This document shows, in pieces, positions 50,940-62,586 of a DNA stretch of 64,000 nucleotides. Source of the DNA: Okamejei kenojei (taxonomy: Eukaryota); contig CM069155.1 of NCBI GenBank assembly GCA_035221665.1, forward strand, positions 34,906,001 to 34,970,000, in the 5' to 3' direction. The notes beneath the pieces were generated by a model, which made no database searches, was not told where the DNA came from, and was given only the letters and a program-made list of their open reading frames with translations. Every line of letters begins with the position of its first letter. The first letter of the stretch is position 1. Position numbers and translations under genes: made by a program.

Positions 50940-52250
50940 AGACAATAGACAACAGGTGCAGGAGGAGGCCATTCGGCCCTTCGAGCCTGCACCGCCATTC
51001 AATGTGATCATGGCTGATCATCCCCAATCAGTACCCCGTTCCTGCCTTCTCCCCATATCCCCTGACTCTGCTAATTTTAAGCGTCCTATCTAGCTCTCTC
51101 TTGAAAGCACCCAGAGAACCCACCTCCACCGCACTCTGAGGCAGAGAATTCCACACACTCGCCACTCTCTGTGAGAAAAAGTGTTTCCTCATCTCCGTTC
51201 TAAATGGCTTACTCCTTATTCTTAAACTGTGGCCCCTGGTTCTGGATTCCCCCAACATCGGGAACATAATAGGTCGGGAAACATTGGGATAGGAGTAGAA
51301 CTAGGCCATTTGGCCCATCAAGACTACTCTGCCATTCAATCATGGCTGATCTATCTTACCCTCCTAACCCCAACCTCCTGCCGTCTCCCCATAACCTCCA
51401 ACACGCAAACTAATCAAGAATCTATCTGCCTTAAATATATCCACTAACTTGGCCTCTGCAGCCTTCTGTGGCAAAGAATTCCACAGATTCACCACCCTCC
51501 GACTAAATTAATTTCTCCTCATCTCCTTCCTAAAAGAACATCCTTTAATCCTGTGGCTATGACCTCCAGTCTTAGACTCTCCCCCTAGTGGAAATATCCG
51601 CTCCACATCCACTCTATCCAAGATTTTTGCTATTCTGTAGGTTTCAATGAGATTGCCCCTCATTCTTCGAAACTCCAGCGAGTACAGGTCCAGTGCCGAC
51701 AAATGCTCATCATAGGTTAACCCACTCATTCCTGGGATCATTCTTGTAAACCTCCTCTGGACCCGCTCCAGAGCCAGCTCATCCTTCCTCAGATACGGTG
51801 CCCGAAATTGCTCACAATATTCCAAATGTGGCCTGACCAGCGCCTTATGGAGCCTCAGCATTACATTCCCTGTTTTTGTATACAAGCCCTCTTGGAATAA
51901 ATGCCAGTATTGTGTTTGCTTCCTTTACTACTGATTCGACTCGCAGATTAATTTTTTGAGAATCCTGCCAGCATTCCCAAGTCCCTTTGCACCTGTGATT
52001 TCTGGATTCTCACCCCATTTAGAAAATAGTCTATGCCTTTATTCCTACTACCAAAATGCAGGACTCCACACTTTGCTACACTATATTCCATCTACCACTT
52101 CTCTGCCCAATCTCCCAACCTGTCCAAGTCCTTCTGCAGAGCCCCTGCTTTCTCTACACTACCTGGCCCTCCACCTAGTTTCGTATCATCCGCAAACATT
52201 ACCACACAAAGCCTTCAATCCCCTCATCCAAATTATTAATATACATTTAT
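50940..52250 (-). mobile_element. Two adjacent CR1/HER1 LINE 3' fragments
   Basis: ORFs 51028-51267 and 51508-51885 (HKALVRPHLEYC..ERVQRRFTRMIPG). Confidence 0.85.
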
Positions 52251-53239
52251 CTCTGCTATCTCGCGATGTTCCTGCTTCCATCCGTGATGGACTCTCGGTT
52301 TAGGTTTATTATTGTCACGTGTATCGAGGTACAGTGAAAAGCTTTGTTTTGCACACAATCCAAACAGATCAGATAATACATTTGAGTGAGACCTGAGTGT
52401 AATAGATGGAGCAAAGGGAAGGTAGAGTGTGGAAATGGTTCTCAGCATTATAGCGCATCTCAAGAGTGTTTTCATTGTCATATGTCCCAAACAGAACAAT
52501 GACATTCTTACTTGCAGCAGCACATCAGAATATATAACCATAGTACTCTGTTAAGCAATATAATAAACGGAAAAAAGTTGTGCATGTGTATATATAATGT
52601 GTGTGTGTGTCCATGCACATAAGCAAAAATATAAAACGAATGTCCTCAAGTCAATGTAATTCAGACCTTGTGGTGTGGTGGCGTTTAATAGCCTGATGGT
52701 TGCAGGGAAGAGGCTGTTCCTGAAGCTGGGCGTCAGTTTTCAGGCTCCTGTACCTTCTTCCTGATGGCAGGTGTGAAGTGAGAGTGTGGCCAGGGTGGCG
52801 TGGGTCTCTGATGATGCTGGCTGCCTTTTTGAGGCCTTACTCTGAAATTAGCCACTAGGAGGCAGGGTAGAGGAAGCTATACAGGCGCCTCTCATTATAC
52901 GTGGGGGTTGTGGCACGTAAATCAAATGAACCATACATGTGACGACGCTGCTCTATGGTGGCATTAATTTCAGCGAAAATAGGATTTTTATTCAAAAATA
53001 AGTAAACTTTGGGAGTAATTAGGCAAGCATGTTGTTATGAAAACGCACGCATCCATGCGAAAAACATGTTATACTCTGTGGTGGAGACTCTTTGCCTTTT
53101 TCACCCTCTGTTCATGCTTTCCCACCGCAAGCCTGTTCAATATAAAGTAATCGCAACATGTCCTGCGCTCCAGACATTTCCTAAGCAATAGCTAAACTGG
53201 CATCTTGCCGTTCTCATTAAAGATTACGGAGTTGAAACT

Positions 53240-53455
53240 TCCTCTCGAACGTGAACGCCCAGGAACGAAGAAGATTGCAAAAAGTGGTGAAAGTGGTCAT
53301 CATCAGAGACCCACACCGACCTGGCCACACACTCATATCGCCCCTGCCATCGGGAAGAAGGTACAGGAGCCTGAAAACTGTAATGTCCAGGTTCAGGAGC
53401 AGCTTCTTCCGTACAGCCATCAGGCTATTAAACACAATGAACTCCAACTAAACTT
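53240..53455 (+). mobile_element. Rex1/Babar-type LINE 3' fragment (related pieces at about 45600-45830 +, 52680-52830 -, 26390-26870 -, 25240-25600 -)
   Basis: RRRLQKVV...HRPGHTLISPLPSGRRYRSLKT...RFRSSFF.TAIRLLN. Confidence 0.7.
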
Positions 53456-54031
53456 TGAACTACATAGACTTGGGGAGGAGGGGGAGGGGGGGGGCACAGT
53501 ATTTTGTCTCAGCTGGACAGGCAGCATTTCTGGAGAGAAGGAAGGAATGGGTGACGCTTCGGGTCGAGATCCTGAAGAAGGGTATTTAAGAGAGAGTTAG
53601 ATAGAGCTCTAGGGGCTAGTGGAGTTAAGGGATATGGGGAGAAGGCAGGCACGGGTTATTGATAGGGGAAGACACAATGAGTGCCGGTGCTGGCTCGAAG
53701 GGCCGAATGGCCTCCTCCTGCACCTATTTTCTATGTTTCTAAGGGTCTGCACCCGAAACATCACCCATTCCTTTTCCCCAGAGGTGCTGCCTGTCCCAGT
53801 GAGTTACTCCAGCATTTAGTATCTGTTGTGCTGCTGCAAGTAAGAATGTAATTGTTCTGTTTTAGGACATATGACAAAACACTCTTGACTCTGGACTTGA
53901 CTCTGCGGGTATGATACTTGTCAACATTCACTGCCCACCCTAGTTGCCCCTGCACTGACAGTCCAGTAAAGAGCCAACCACATTGAATGGTCAGGGGGTC
54001 ACATAAGGATCAGGGGCGAGAGGTTTCCTTA

Positions 54032-54310
54032 TGCCCCTGTCCCACTTCGGAAACCTGAACGGAAACCTCTGGCGACTTTGCGCCCCGCCCAAGGTTTCCG
54101 TGCGGTTCCCGGAGGTTTTTGTCCTCCGGCAACCACCTTCAACTAGCATCGCAACCGGCTTCGACTAAAAAAATACCGATTTTAAAAACGGAAACCACTT
54201 TCGACCATTAGGGAGACTGACAAAGAGCTCCGGGAACCGCACGGAAACCTTGGGTGGGGCTCAAAGTCTCCAGAGGTTTCCGTTCAGGTTTCCTAAGTGG
54301 GACAGAGGCA
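54032..54310. mobile_element. PIF/Harbinger-like MITE at the core of a 404-bp inverted repeat (53970-54373)
   Basis: TIR TGCCCCTGTCCCACTT ... AAGTGGGACAGAGGCA, with TTA on the left and TAA on the right. Confidence 0.65.
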
Positions 54311-55019
54311 TAAGGAAACCTCTCGCCCCTGATCCTTATGTGACCCCCTAACCATTCAATGTGGTTTGGCTCTGAGTGTCATTCTCTGGTCTTTGTTTCC
54401 TTTGATTAGGTGCCAGTGGCAGATTTTTTTTTTATTAAATCGGTGAAAAAACTTTCATGTGCAAAATAGAAAGTGCTGAAGGAACTCGGCTGGCCGGGCA
54501 GCACGTTGGAAAAGTAATTGGGAATAGATTCTTCGGGTCGGGGCCCGAAACGGGGACTTTCCATTCTATCCAGAGATGCTGCCTGACCCGCTGAGTTACC
54601 CCTGCGCTTTGTGTCTATCTTCGAGTTGTTCTGGCCACTGTGTAATTCTGTTCCAGATTCCAGCATCTGCAGGCTTCCCTCCGCTCTATGATCTTTGCTC
54701 TCGTGTCTGCAAAACTCTTCTTCCTTGTTCTGGAGTGGGTGAAACCCCAACCTGATGAGCCGAAAGTCCCCCACCCACGTTGCCTGGCCCTGGATATAAG
54801 GCTCTTCCGTAAACCCCGGGTGTGGATGTGGAGAGCTTTGGAGAGAACAGTCTCTGTCTGTCTCTCTGTCTCTCTCTCTGGTGGCAAACTGTGAGCACAG
54901 CACTCGGATCTCAGTATCACCCCCACTCGCTGCCAGCTCACAGAACCGGTTTGCCCAAACTTCGAGACAAAAACAAAATCAAAAACAAGAGGAGGAGGAG
55001 GAGAAAGAAGGAAATTACA

Positions 55020-55100
55020 ATGGAATATTTAACACGGAGTCAAGGGGAATCTCTCGGGACTTGGGATAACAGCGACGCCACAGAAGGCTGCTGGACCGAG
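55020..55100 (+). CDS. TMEM116: TMEM116 probable first coding exon
   Basis: ACAATGG (good Kozak context). MEYLTRSQGESLGTWDNSDATEGCWTE|gtgagg; phase 0, joins in frame to the exon at 60043. Confidence 0.6.
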
Positions 55101-55361
55101 GTGAGGAACAACTTTTTGTTTTGTAGAAACAAGGAACTGCAGGTGCTGGGTTACACAAAAGGACACACATTGCTGGATGTATCCAGCGGGCCAGGCAGCA
55201 TCTCTGGAGAATGTGGACAGGACAAATCCCACCCATCCACGTCCCCCAGAGATGCTGCTGCATCGCCCCCTCTGAGTTACTCCAGCACTTTGTAAATGTC
55301 CTTCCACTGTTTATGTTTGCTTTGAGTTACATTTATTCCGTTGCCAGGTTCAGTGTTAGGC

Positions 55362-55712
55362 AATAGACAATAGGTGCAGGTGTAGGCCATTTGGCCCTTC
55401 GAGCCAGCACCGCCATTCAATGTGATCATGGCTGATCATCCCCAATCAGTACCCCGTTCCTGCCTTCTCCCCATATCTCCGCTCTCTTTAAGAGCCCTAT
55501 CTAGCTCTCTCTTGAAAGCAACCAGAGAACCTGCCTCCACCGCCCTCTGAGGCAGAGAATTCCACAGACTCACCACACTCAGTGAGAAAAAGTGTTTCCT
55601 CGTCTCTGTTCTAAATGGCTTACTCCTTATTCTTAAACTGTGGCCCCTGGTTCTGGACTCCCCCAACATCAGGAACATGTTTCCTGCCTCTAGCGTGTCC
55701 AAGCCCTTGACA
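55362..55712 (-). mobile_element. CR1/HER1 LINE 3' end
   Basis: Near-identical to the 50940-51270 copy (GESRTRGHSLRIRSKPFRTE). Confidence 0.85.
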
Positions 55713-56845
55713 ATACATTTATCCGTAGCCAGGTTCAGTGTTTGCACAGTCCAATCAAAAACAACAGTGCTGGTAATCTGGAAATAAAACAGTTAAATGT
55801 AGGAAACTCTCAGTCGGTCGAGCAGCATCTGCGGAGAGAGGAAGGAGAGTCAAGCGTCACATCCCCAAAACTGAAGGTTCTGACCAAGAGTCTTCCACCT
55901 GAAACATTAAGTCTGTGTAGGAAGAAATTGCAGACGCTGGTTTACACCGAAGATGGACACAAAATGCTGGAGTAACTCAGTGGGACAGGCAGCATCGCTG
56001 GGGAACATGGAAAAGGTGACGTATCAGAATCAGAATCACACTTTATTCACCAAGTATGTTTTGCAACGTACGAGGAATTTCACCGGCCAGGTCAGTCATA
56101 CAATTAAAAGCAACAGACTCAAAAACACATTTTAACACGAACATCCACCACAGTGACTCCTACACATTCCTCACTTTGATGGAAGGTGAAATAAAGTTAA
56201 AGTCACTTCCTTTGTTCTCCGGGTCGATTCCTTTCTTCAGGCTGTTCCTCCAGCATTTTGTGTCCACATTAAGTCTGCGTTAGTTCTCGATCTCTCTCTC
56301 TGCAGCCGGTGAATGTTTCCAAAGTTTCATGTGGAAAACCAGTCCCTGGCGACGCTGGCAAGTGTGCTGACTTCCAGGGTTGGAGGAGAGAGGGAGAGAG
56401 AGAAGGGGGAATGTAGTTTATCTTCGCTCCAGGAAGAATTCCCGCACGTCCGGGAGGGGCTCCGAGTTCCCGCGACTTTCTATCGTTTGACCGCAGTTGG
56501 AGCGGCAGGAGTTGGAATGATCAGCTCCTTGCCATCTTTCCAGCGTTATTCTCCTTACTGTAATCAGTCTGGAGATGATGATTGATCCACCGAGTTACTC
56601 CAGCACTTTGCGCTTCATGCAAGATTCCAGCATCTGCAGTTCTGCGCCGTCAAACCTCCGTTTAGCTCAGTTACACACACGCTTTACTTACACCCCACCC
56701 AGCCGCCCCCCCTCCAGCTCTCCTCCTTCTCCCAGTGTCCCCCTTCTCTCTCCCAGTGCCCTCTCACACCCCACCCCTCAGTGCTCCACCTTCTCCCTCT
56801 CTGTGTCTCCCCTTTTCTCTCCCAGTGCCCCCCTTCTGGTTCTTT

Positions 56846-57235
56846 TGATTTCGCTTGGGCAGCTTACTACCCCGCGGTATGAATATTGATTTCTCTAACT
56901 TCAAGTGACCCTTGCATCCTCTCTCTCCCCCACCCTGGTCATCATATTAGTTTATTTGTATTCCTGTTGAGTTTCATTGTCTATGTAACTCATTATCACC
57001 TAGCCCACAGCCAACAATGGACCATTGTGGGCTCCACCTTTCCTTGATCATCGTTACATTCTGCATATATTTCATTAATGTGTTCTATATCTCTCCATAT
57101 CACCGTCTATATATCTTGTTTCCCGTTACCCTGACCCTCAGTCTAAAGAAGGGTCTCATCCCGAAACGTCACCGATTCCTTTTCTCCAGAGATGTTGCCT
57201 GACCCGCTGATTTACTCCAGCTCTTTGTGTCTATC
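56846..57235 (+). mobile_element. Penelope-like 3' fragment (inverted terminal-type piece nearby at about 56590-56642)
   Basis: FRLGSLLPRGMNIDFSNFK* followed by the family 3' UTR. Confidence 0.75.
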
Positions 57236-57684
57236 TGCTGCGATTCTTTTTCCTTTCTCAGTACTGTTTTATTCTTGTGATCAAGATGAGAGATGTTAGT
57301 AAGGAAGGGATATGGAATATTTTCCATTACAAACACACACAATAACTGTATTGGTGTCGCAGTGGTAGAGATGCTGTCTTTCAGCACCAGTGACCTGGGT
57401 TCACACTTGACTACAGGTGCTGTCTGCACAGTTTGTACGTTCTCCCCACGTGACCTGCGTGAGTTTTCTCTTGGTGCTTCGGTTTCCTCCCACACTCCAA
57501 AGACGTACAGGTTTGTAGGTTACTTGGCTTGGTATAACTGTAAATTATCCCAAGTGTGTAGGATTGTGTTAAGGGCCTGTGCCGGCTCCCGAAATTTTCC
57601 ACACACAATCCTACACACATAGGTCGCCGAAATTTTCAACGTGTTGAATATTCAGCGGCGACCAGAAAGATGCTACGTCTCTTT

Positions 57685-57860
57685 GGAGACCTCTCACGAC
57701 CACAGGAGACCTCTCACGACCACAGGAGACCTCTCACGACCACAGGAGACCTCTCACGACCACAGGAGACCTCTCACGACCACAGGAGACCTCTCACGAG
57801 CACAGGAGACCTCTCACGACCACAGGAGACCTCTCACGACCACAGGAGACCTCTCACGAC
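57685..57860 (+). repeat. 20-bp minisatellite GGAGACCTCTCACGACCACA, about 8.8 copies
   Basis: Near-perfect head-to-tail units (one C>G variant) with no spacers. Confidence 0.95.
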
Positions 57861-58429
57861 TGTGAATCTCGGTTTTTGCTTACATCGGTTGTTTCGACAA
57901 TAATCGACCGGACACCTGGGTTGGTTGAAGCGTACGTTTATTCGGCAGCAGTCTTTACACAGGTCAGCAACCTAGCAACGAGTCAAGCTCAATGCCTTTA
58001 GTCATAATGCCTTATATACTTTTAATGCTACCGTTTATGTCTCACACATGACCCAATTAAGCAACAGACCCGTACGCAATGGTCAAGATAACAGGCACAT
58101 ACACATGGGGAGATGTTATTTAGTGGAACAATACTAGGGCTAAGACAGATACATTCCTCAGACTTTCTGGCACAGCGGTTTGTATATTCCTCAGCCTTCT
58201 GCTCGCCGGCCATCTCAGTCAGACGGGTGCGGGGAATACCAAAGTCGCGAACATGCAGCGACAGCTGGACAATGTGTATTTCTCATGACCACAACTTCCT
58301 GAAACCTGCAGCCACATAGTCAGTAACTTTGGTCAGCGGGCATTTTATGTTTTAATCCAGTCCACCAGGCCAAACCATTTTGCCTTCACAGAGCAATCTT
58401 ACAGCGTTTATTCAAGATTTACATTCACA
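57861..58429 (-). mobile_element. Solo LTR (Gypsy-like), 569 bp
   Basis: TGTGAAT ... ATTCACA inverted termini; 4-bp TSD CGAC (57857-57860 and 58430-58433); TATATAA (58018-58012) then AATAAA (57942-57937) on -. Confidence 0.75.
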
Positions 58430-59159
58430 CGACCATGCAGGCTGTGTGGTTGTGAGAGGTCTCCAAAGAGTCGTAGTGTCTTTCTGGTCGCCAAGATGAA
58501 TTTTTAACATGTTGAAAATTTCAAAGACCTATGATGGGTGCCGGCAGTCGCCTGTAAAGGTCCCGTAAGTGGGACAGGCTTAGCGCGCGGGGATGCTGGT
58601 TGGCGCGGACTCGGAGGGCCAAAGTGCCTGTTTCCGCGCTTTGTCTCTAAACTAAAAAACGAGACGAAACTAAAACCTACTGAATATACACAATGACTGA
58701 GATTCACACCTCTTTTGGGCAGAGAACTCTCAAAAAGTGTCTTCCCATTTCACTCTTGAATGGACAACCCATTATTTGGAGACTGTGACCCTCCTAATTC
58801 TAGATACCCCATCTGGTGGAAACATTAACTCACATCAACTCCATCAAGTTATTTAACAATTTAGAGTGTTTCGATGAGATCACTTCTCATTCTGCTTAAC
58901 TTTGGAATTCAGGTCCAATCTGCCTATGCACTGCTCACATGACAGGCCCATCATCCCACCGGTCCAACCCGATGAATGTTCACTGCACTCCACCAAGTAC
59001 TCATTGTGAGAAGACAGACACAAAATGCTGGAGTAACTCAGTGGGAAAGGCAGCATCTGTGGAGAGAAGGAACGGGTGACATTTCAGGTTGAGACCCTTC
59101 TTCAGACTCATTCTGAGTTTGAGTGTTGTTAAAAAATCCCTCATACATCATACTTCCCT

Positions 59160-59440
59160 CAGGGGGAAGTCTTTTTGGACCGAGATGAGAAAATCATTTT
59201 TCACACAGGGAGTGGTGAATCTGTGGAATTCTCTGCCACAGAAGGTAGTTGAGGCCAGTTCATTGGCTATATTTAAGAGGGAGTTAGATGTGGCTCTTGT
59301 GGCTAAAGGGATCAGAGGGTATGGAGAGAAGGCAGGTACAGGATACTGAGTTGGATGATCAGCCATGATCATATTGAATGGCGGTGCAGGCTCGAAGGGC
59401 CGAATGGCCTACTCCTGCACCTATTTTCTATGTTTCTATC
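59160..59440 (+). mobile_element. CR1/HER1 LINE 3' end
   Basis: FFTQGVVNLWNSLPQK...FKRELD, plus tail. Confidence 0.85.
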
Positions 59441-60042
59441 AGTGTAGATGGGCCAAGAGGTCATTAATGGGCAAATATAAAGTCATAGAGTTGTAAAGTG
59501 CAGAAACCCTATGATTTGACATTTGGTTTGTTTGAACTCAGTTCCTGAAAAACTAATGGAAAAAAAAATCACAATGTGTGAGCAGGTGGGTGTCTGGCAA
59601 AGGGTAGCTTTATTTTTCGTGTTTTCCAGTCGGCTATTCAACATGCTATTTCTACTTAAGACGGAAATTGTGTTTGTGTTATTTTTGTCTCATCTTTTTT
59701 TGGCCTTTTTTTTCCATTATCTGCTAACTGCTCAGATTCATTTAATGGCACCCTGTAATACACCCTGGCTTGCTTTACCAGTGTCAAAAGGTGCTATTTA
59801 ACACACAGGTTGTTCAACCTGTTGGTTGACGATCCCTTTGTCCCTGCCCGCTGCCTAATGCCAAGGAAAATGTGAGAAAAAGCATTTTAAAATTAATAAA
59901 CAAATGTATATAATAAATTCAAGGTAAACTGATGTATCAAATGTAACGCGTTAAAACTCTAAAGAAAAATTTGCAGAATTGAATAGAGCCATCTGTTTTT
60001 GCTTGAAGTCATAATAAAAATATGAGTCTGTTCTTTTTGCAG

Positions 60043-60089
60043 TTCTTCAGGGCATTGCGGTGGATAGAGTTTTCAATGGTGATTTTGAG
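60043..60089 (+). CDS. TMEM116: TMEM116 coding exon (start of TM1)
   Basis: ttttgcag|TTC ... TTGAG|gttagt. FFRALRWIEFSMVILS; MVILS corresponds to recalled human MATLS. Confidence 0.8.
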
Positions 60090-61589
60090 GTTAGTATTTA
60101 AAAAATTTGTTAGCACTCATGCCCATTTTGGATTTCAACACATCCTCTTTTTCCCCTCAAGAATTTCCCTTTCTTACCTTCCCTGAGGACGTGACCTCTT
60201 TCTGGAGTTCCCCATGAGATAGCTTTCTTGCAGTAAATAGTTTATGGGAGGCTTAACTATTACAGCCAATAGCAGGAAGCACCAAAAGTGAACTATACCC
60301 TGCCTTGCTTGCATCAATACATGCGGATGTTCCAGTCGAAGGCAATCAGCACGAGGAACTCCACTGCAAATTCTCCTCGAGGGGTGCCTACTTTGAAGAA
60401 GTTCTCCTCCTCTCTCCGACGATAGTTCTGCACAACCCCCGCTCAATCTGTCGTTTTCACAACTTTAACCCTCCATATCACTAGACTCCCTCTCCCCTGA
60501 CTCTCTGTCTGAAGAAGGGTCTCGACCTGAAACGTCACGCACTCCTTTTCTCCAGAGATGCTGCCTGCCCCGCTGAGTTACTCCGGCATTTCTATCTTTG
60601 AGGTAACCTTGTCTTGCCCATGTGGACTGTGATCAGAACGACACTCATAATTCTTTGTCGATACACTCAAGATCAAACCAGGGATCCTCCTGGAGCCAGT
60701 GTCTATGCTCCACTGATCAGAGCACTTGTTCACATTGCTAAGTCTAAGTTTACGTTTCTCTACGTTTGAAGAGCAATAAAGAAACTGGGGAACTCAGCGG
60801 GACAGGCAGCATCTGTGGAGGCAGAGAAATGATTGATCAACATTTTGGCTCGAGACTCGGGGCTCACAGCATCTGCAGTCTCTTGTCTCTGTTTTTGAAG
60901 AGTTTTTTTTAAAATTGCAATGTGCGCAATGAATGTTTTGTTTTTCATTTTCCTCTCACTTTTCTCCGTCAAACAGCACAGAAACAGGCCTTTTCCCCAA
61001 CGCCTGTACCAACCATCTACATTAGTCCCACCTGCCTGCGTTCATCCCATATCCCTCTAAGCCTTTCCTATCCATGTACCTGTTTAAATATTGTTATGGC
61101 ATCTGCCTCAACTTCCTCCTCTGGCAGCGTCAGGTTCCTATTAAACCTTTCCCCTCTCACCTCAGTGGCATTCTCCAAGGAACATTTCTACTGGTTTCGA
61201 AGTCTTGTATCTCAGCCACTATTAATGCCACAGTAACCATAGGAGGTCTGGAATGCAGGGTTTGGAGCTTGATCCCGTCTCATTGACCAGGCACATGAAT
61301 CTTCAGTAGGAGCCACCAGGTGGCACTCACGAGCACCACAGAGATAACCATTCTACAGACCCAGTGCATTCAGCACAAACCAAGGATTAAACCTCGCTCC
61401 ACAATTAGACACCCTTTTGCTAATTTTGCTCATCAAGGGAATGATACAGATGGTTCTCACCCGTGGTGAATTCTTGACTACTATCAGGAATTTGTTTATA
61501 TTCCAAGTGGATCAGGGGAAGACTGTGGTCTTCCTTGTGGAAGGTGGAAGGTGTCTGCAAAGCCCTCAATGGGCTTGCCCCCGCCGACA

Positions 61590-61975
61590 TTAAAAGTCTG
61601 CTCACCCACAACTCCACCTCCAGGTCCCTCATATCGGCCGACAGGGTTGCTGAACATCCTGCGGTCTAGGCGTAAGCTCAGGGGCGACCGACCGCGCCTT
61701 TGCGGTCGCAGCTCCTAGACTGTGGAACAGCATCCCTCTTCCCATCAGAACCGCCCCCTCCATCAACTCCTTTAAGTCGAGACGAAAAACTCATCTCTAC
61801 TCCCAAGCCTTTCTTGACCTCCTCTGAGCGAGGGCTATATGTATGTAGTGATGTTTGTATTTAATCTATGAACCGCTGTTGTTTGTTATACTATTCTTAC
61901 ACCAATGTAAAGCACTTTGGCCAACGAGAGTTGTTTTTTAAATGTGCTATATAAATAAAAGTGACTTGACCTGAC
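61590..61975 (+). mobile_element. L2-type LINE 3' end
   Basis: GDR/AFAVAAPRLWNSIPLPIRTAPSINSFKSR.KTHL; ends AATAAAA followed by (GACTT)n. Confidence 0.75.
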
Positions 61976-62329
61976 TGTGGATAAGCATTCTCAGGGTTTA
62001 GATGATCACCATTATTCATTTATACTGTAGTATCTGTATCTTAGCCCAGTATTGTGTTTTTTTTTACATTATTCTCTATTTTACACTGTGTGTATTTTAG
62101 ATTAATTCTGCTACCTCACTCTGCTACAAATTCTAGTTTCATGCTCTCTAAATGTTTGGCCCTTCATCCTTTATCGGTGGTCTGTGGACAGCTTGATTGT
62201 AATCATGTATAGTTTTCCCTCTGACTAGATATCACACAAACCAAGGCTTTTCATTGTACCTCAGTACAGGATAAACAAAACTAAATCTTGTCTGTACATG
62301 TTTTGTGGGTTGTGTTTTAATACAGGATG

Positions 62330-62520
62330 TTCTCTCTCTTTCAATCTTCTCCCCCCCCCCCCCCCCCACTCTCCCTCCCTCCCCTCCCTCCTCCCCCCCC
62401 CCACTCTCCCTGTTTCCCCTCCCCTCCTCCCTTCCCCCCCCCCCCTCCTCCCCTCTCTTCCACCCATCTCTCTTCCACCTCCCTTCTCTCTCCCCCCTCG
62501 CTCCCCCTCTTACCCCTCCC
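62330..62520 (+). repeat. About 190-nt C-rich polypyrimidine tract just upstream of a TMEM116 acceptor
   Basis: Almost purely C/T; no AG between 62325 and the acceptor AG at 62521-62522. Confidence 0.85.
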
Positions 62521-62522
62521 AG

Positions 62523-62586
62523 TATAGTGGGCTCGGGCTCCATCATCGGATACACAGCATTGCAGCGGCTCGTACGACACCCAGAG
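62523..62586 (+). CDS. TMEM116: TMEM116 coding exon
   Basis: cccag|T ... GAG|gtaagg. (S)IVGSGSIIGYTALQRLVRHPE, similar to recalled SVIGSSSLIAYAVFHNIQKSPE. Confidence 0.88.

Larger units (their letters stand above)
57572..58579. mobile_element. PIF/Harbinger-like non-autonomous element inserted in a V-SINE
   Basis: TTA|AGGGCCTGT ... AAGTGGGACAGGC|TTA; inverted subterminal arms (GGCGACCAGAAAGA...GGAGACCTCTCAC versus GTGAGAGGTCTCC...TCTTTCTGGTCGCC). Confidence 0.7.

Noticed and set aside
57685-57860. CRISPR-like array
   Set aside because: Identical head-to-tail 20-mers with no unique spacers, no cas genes and a vertebrate context; it is a minisatellite within a transposon.
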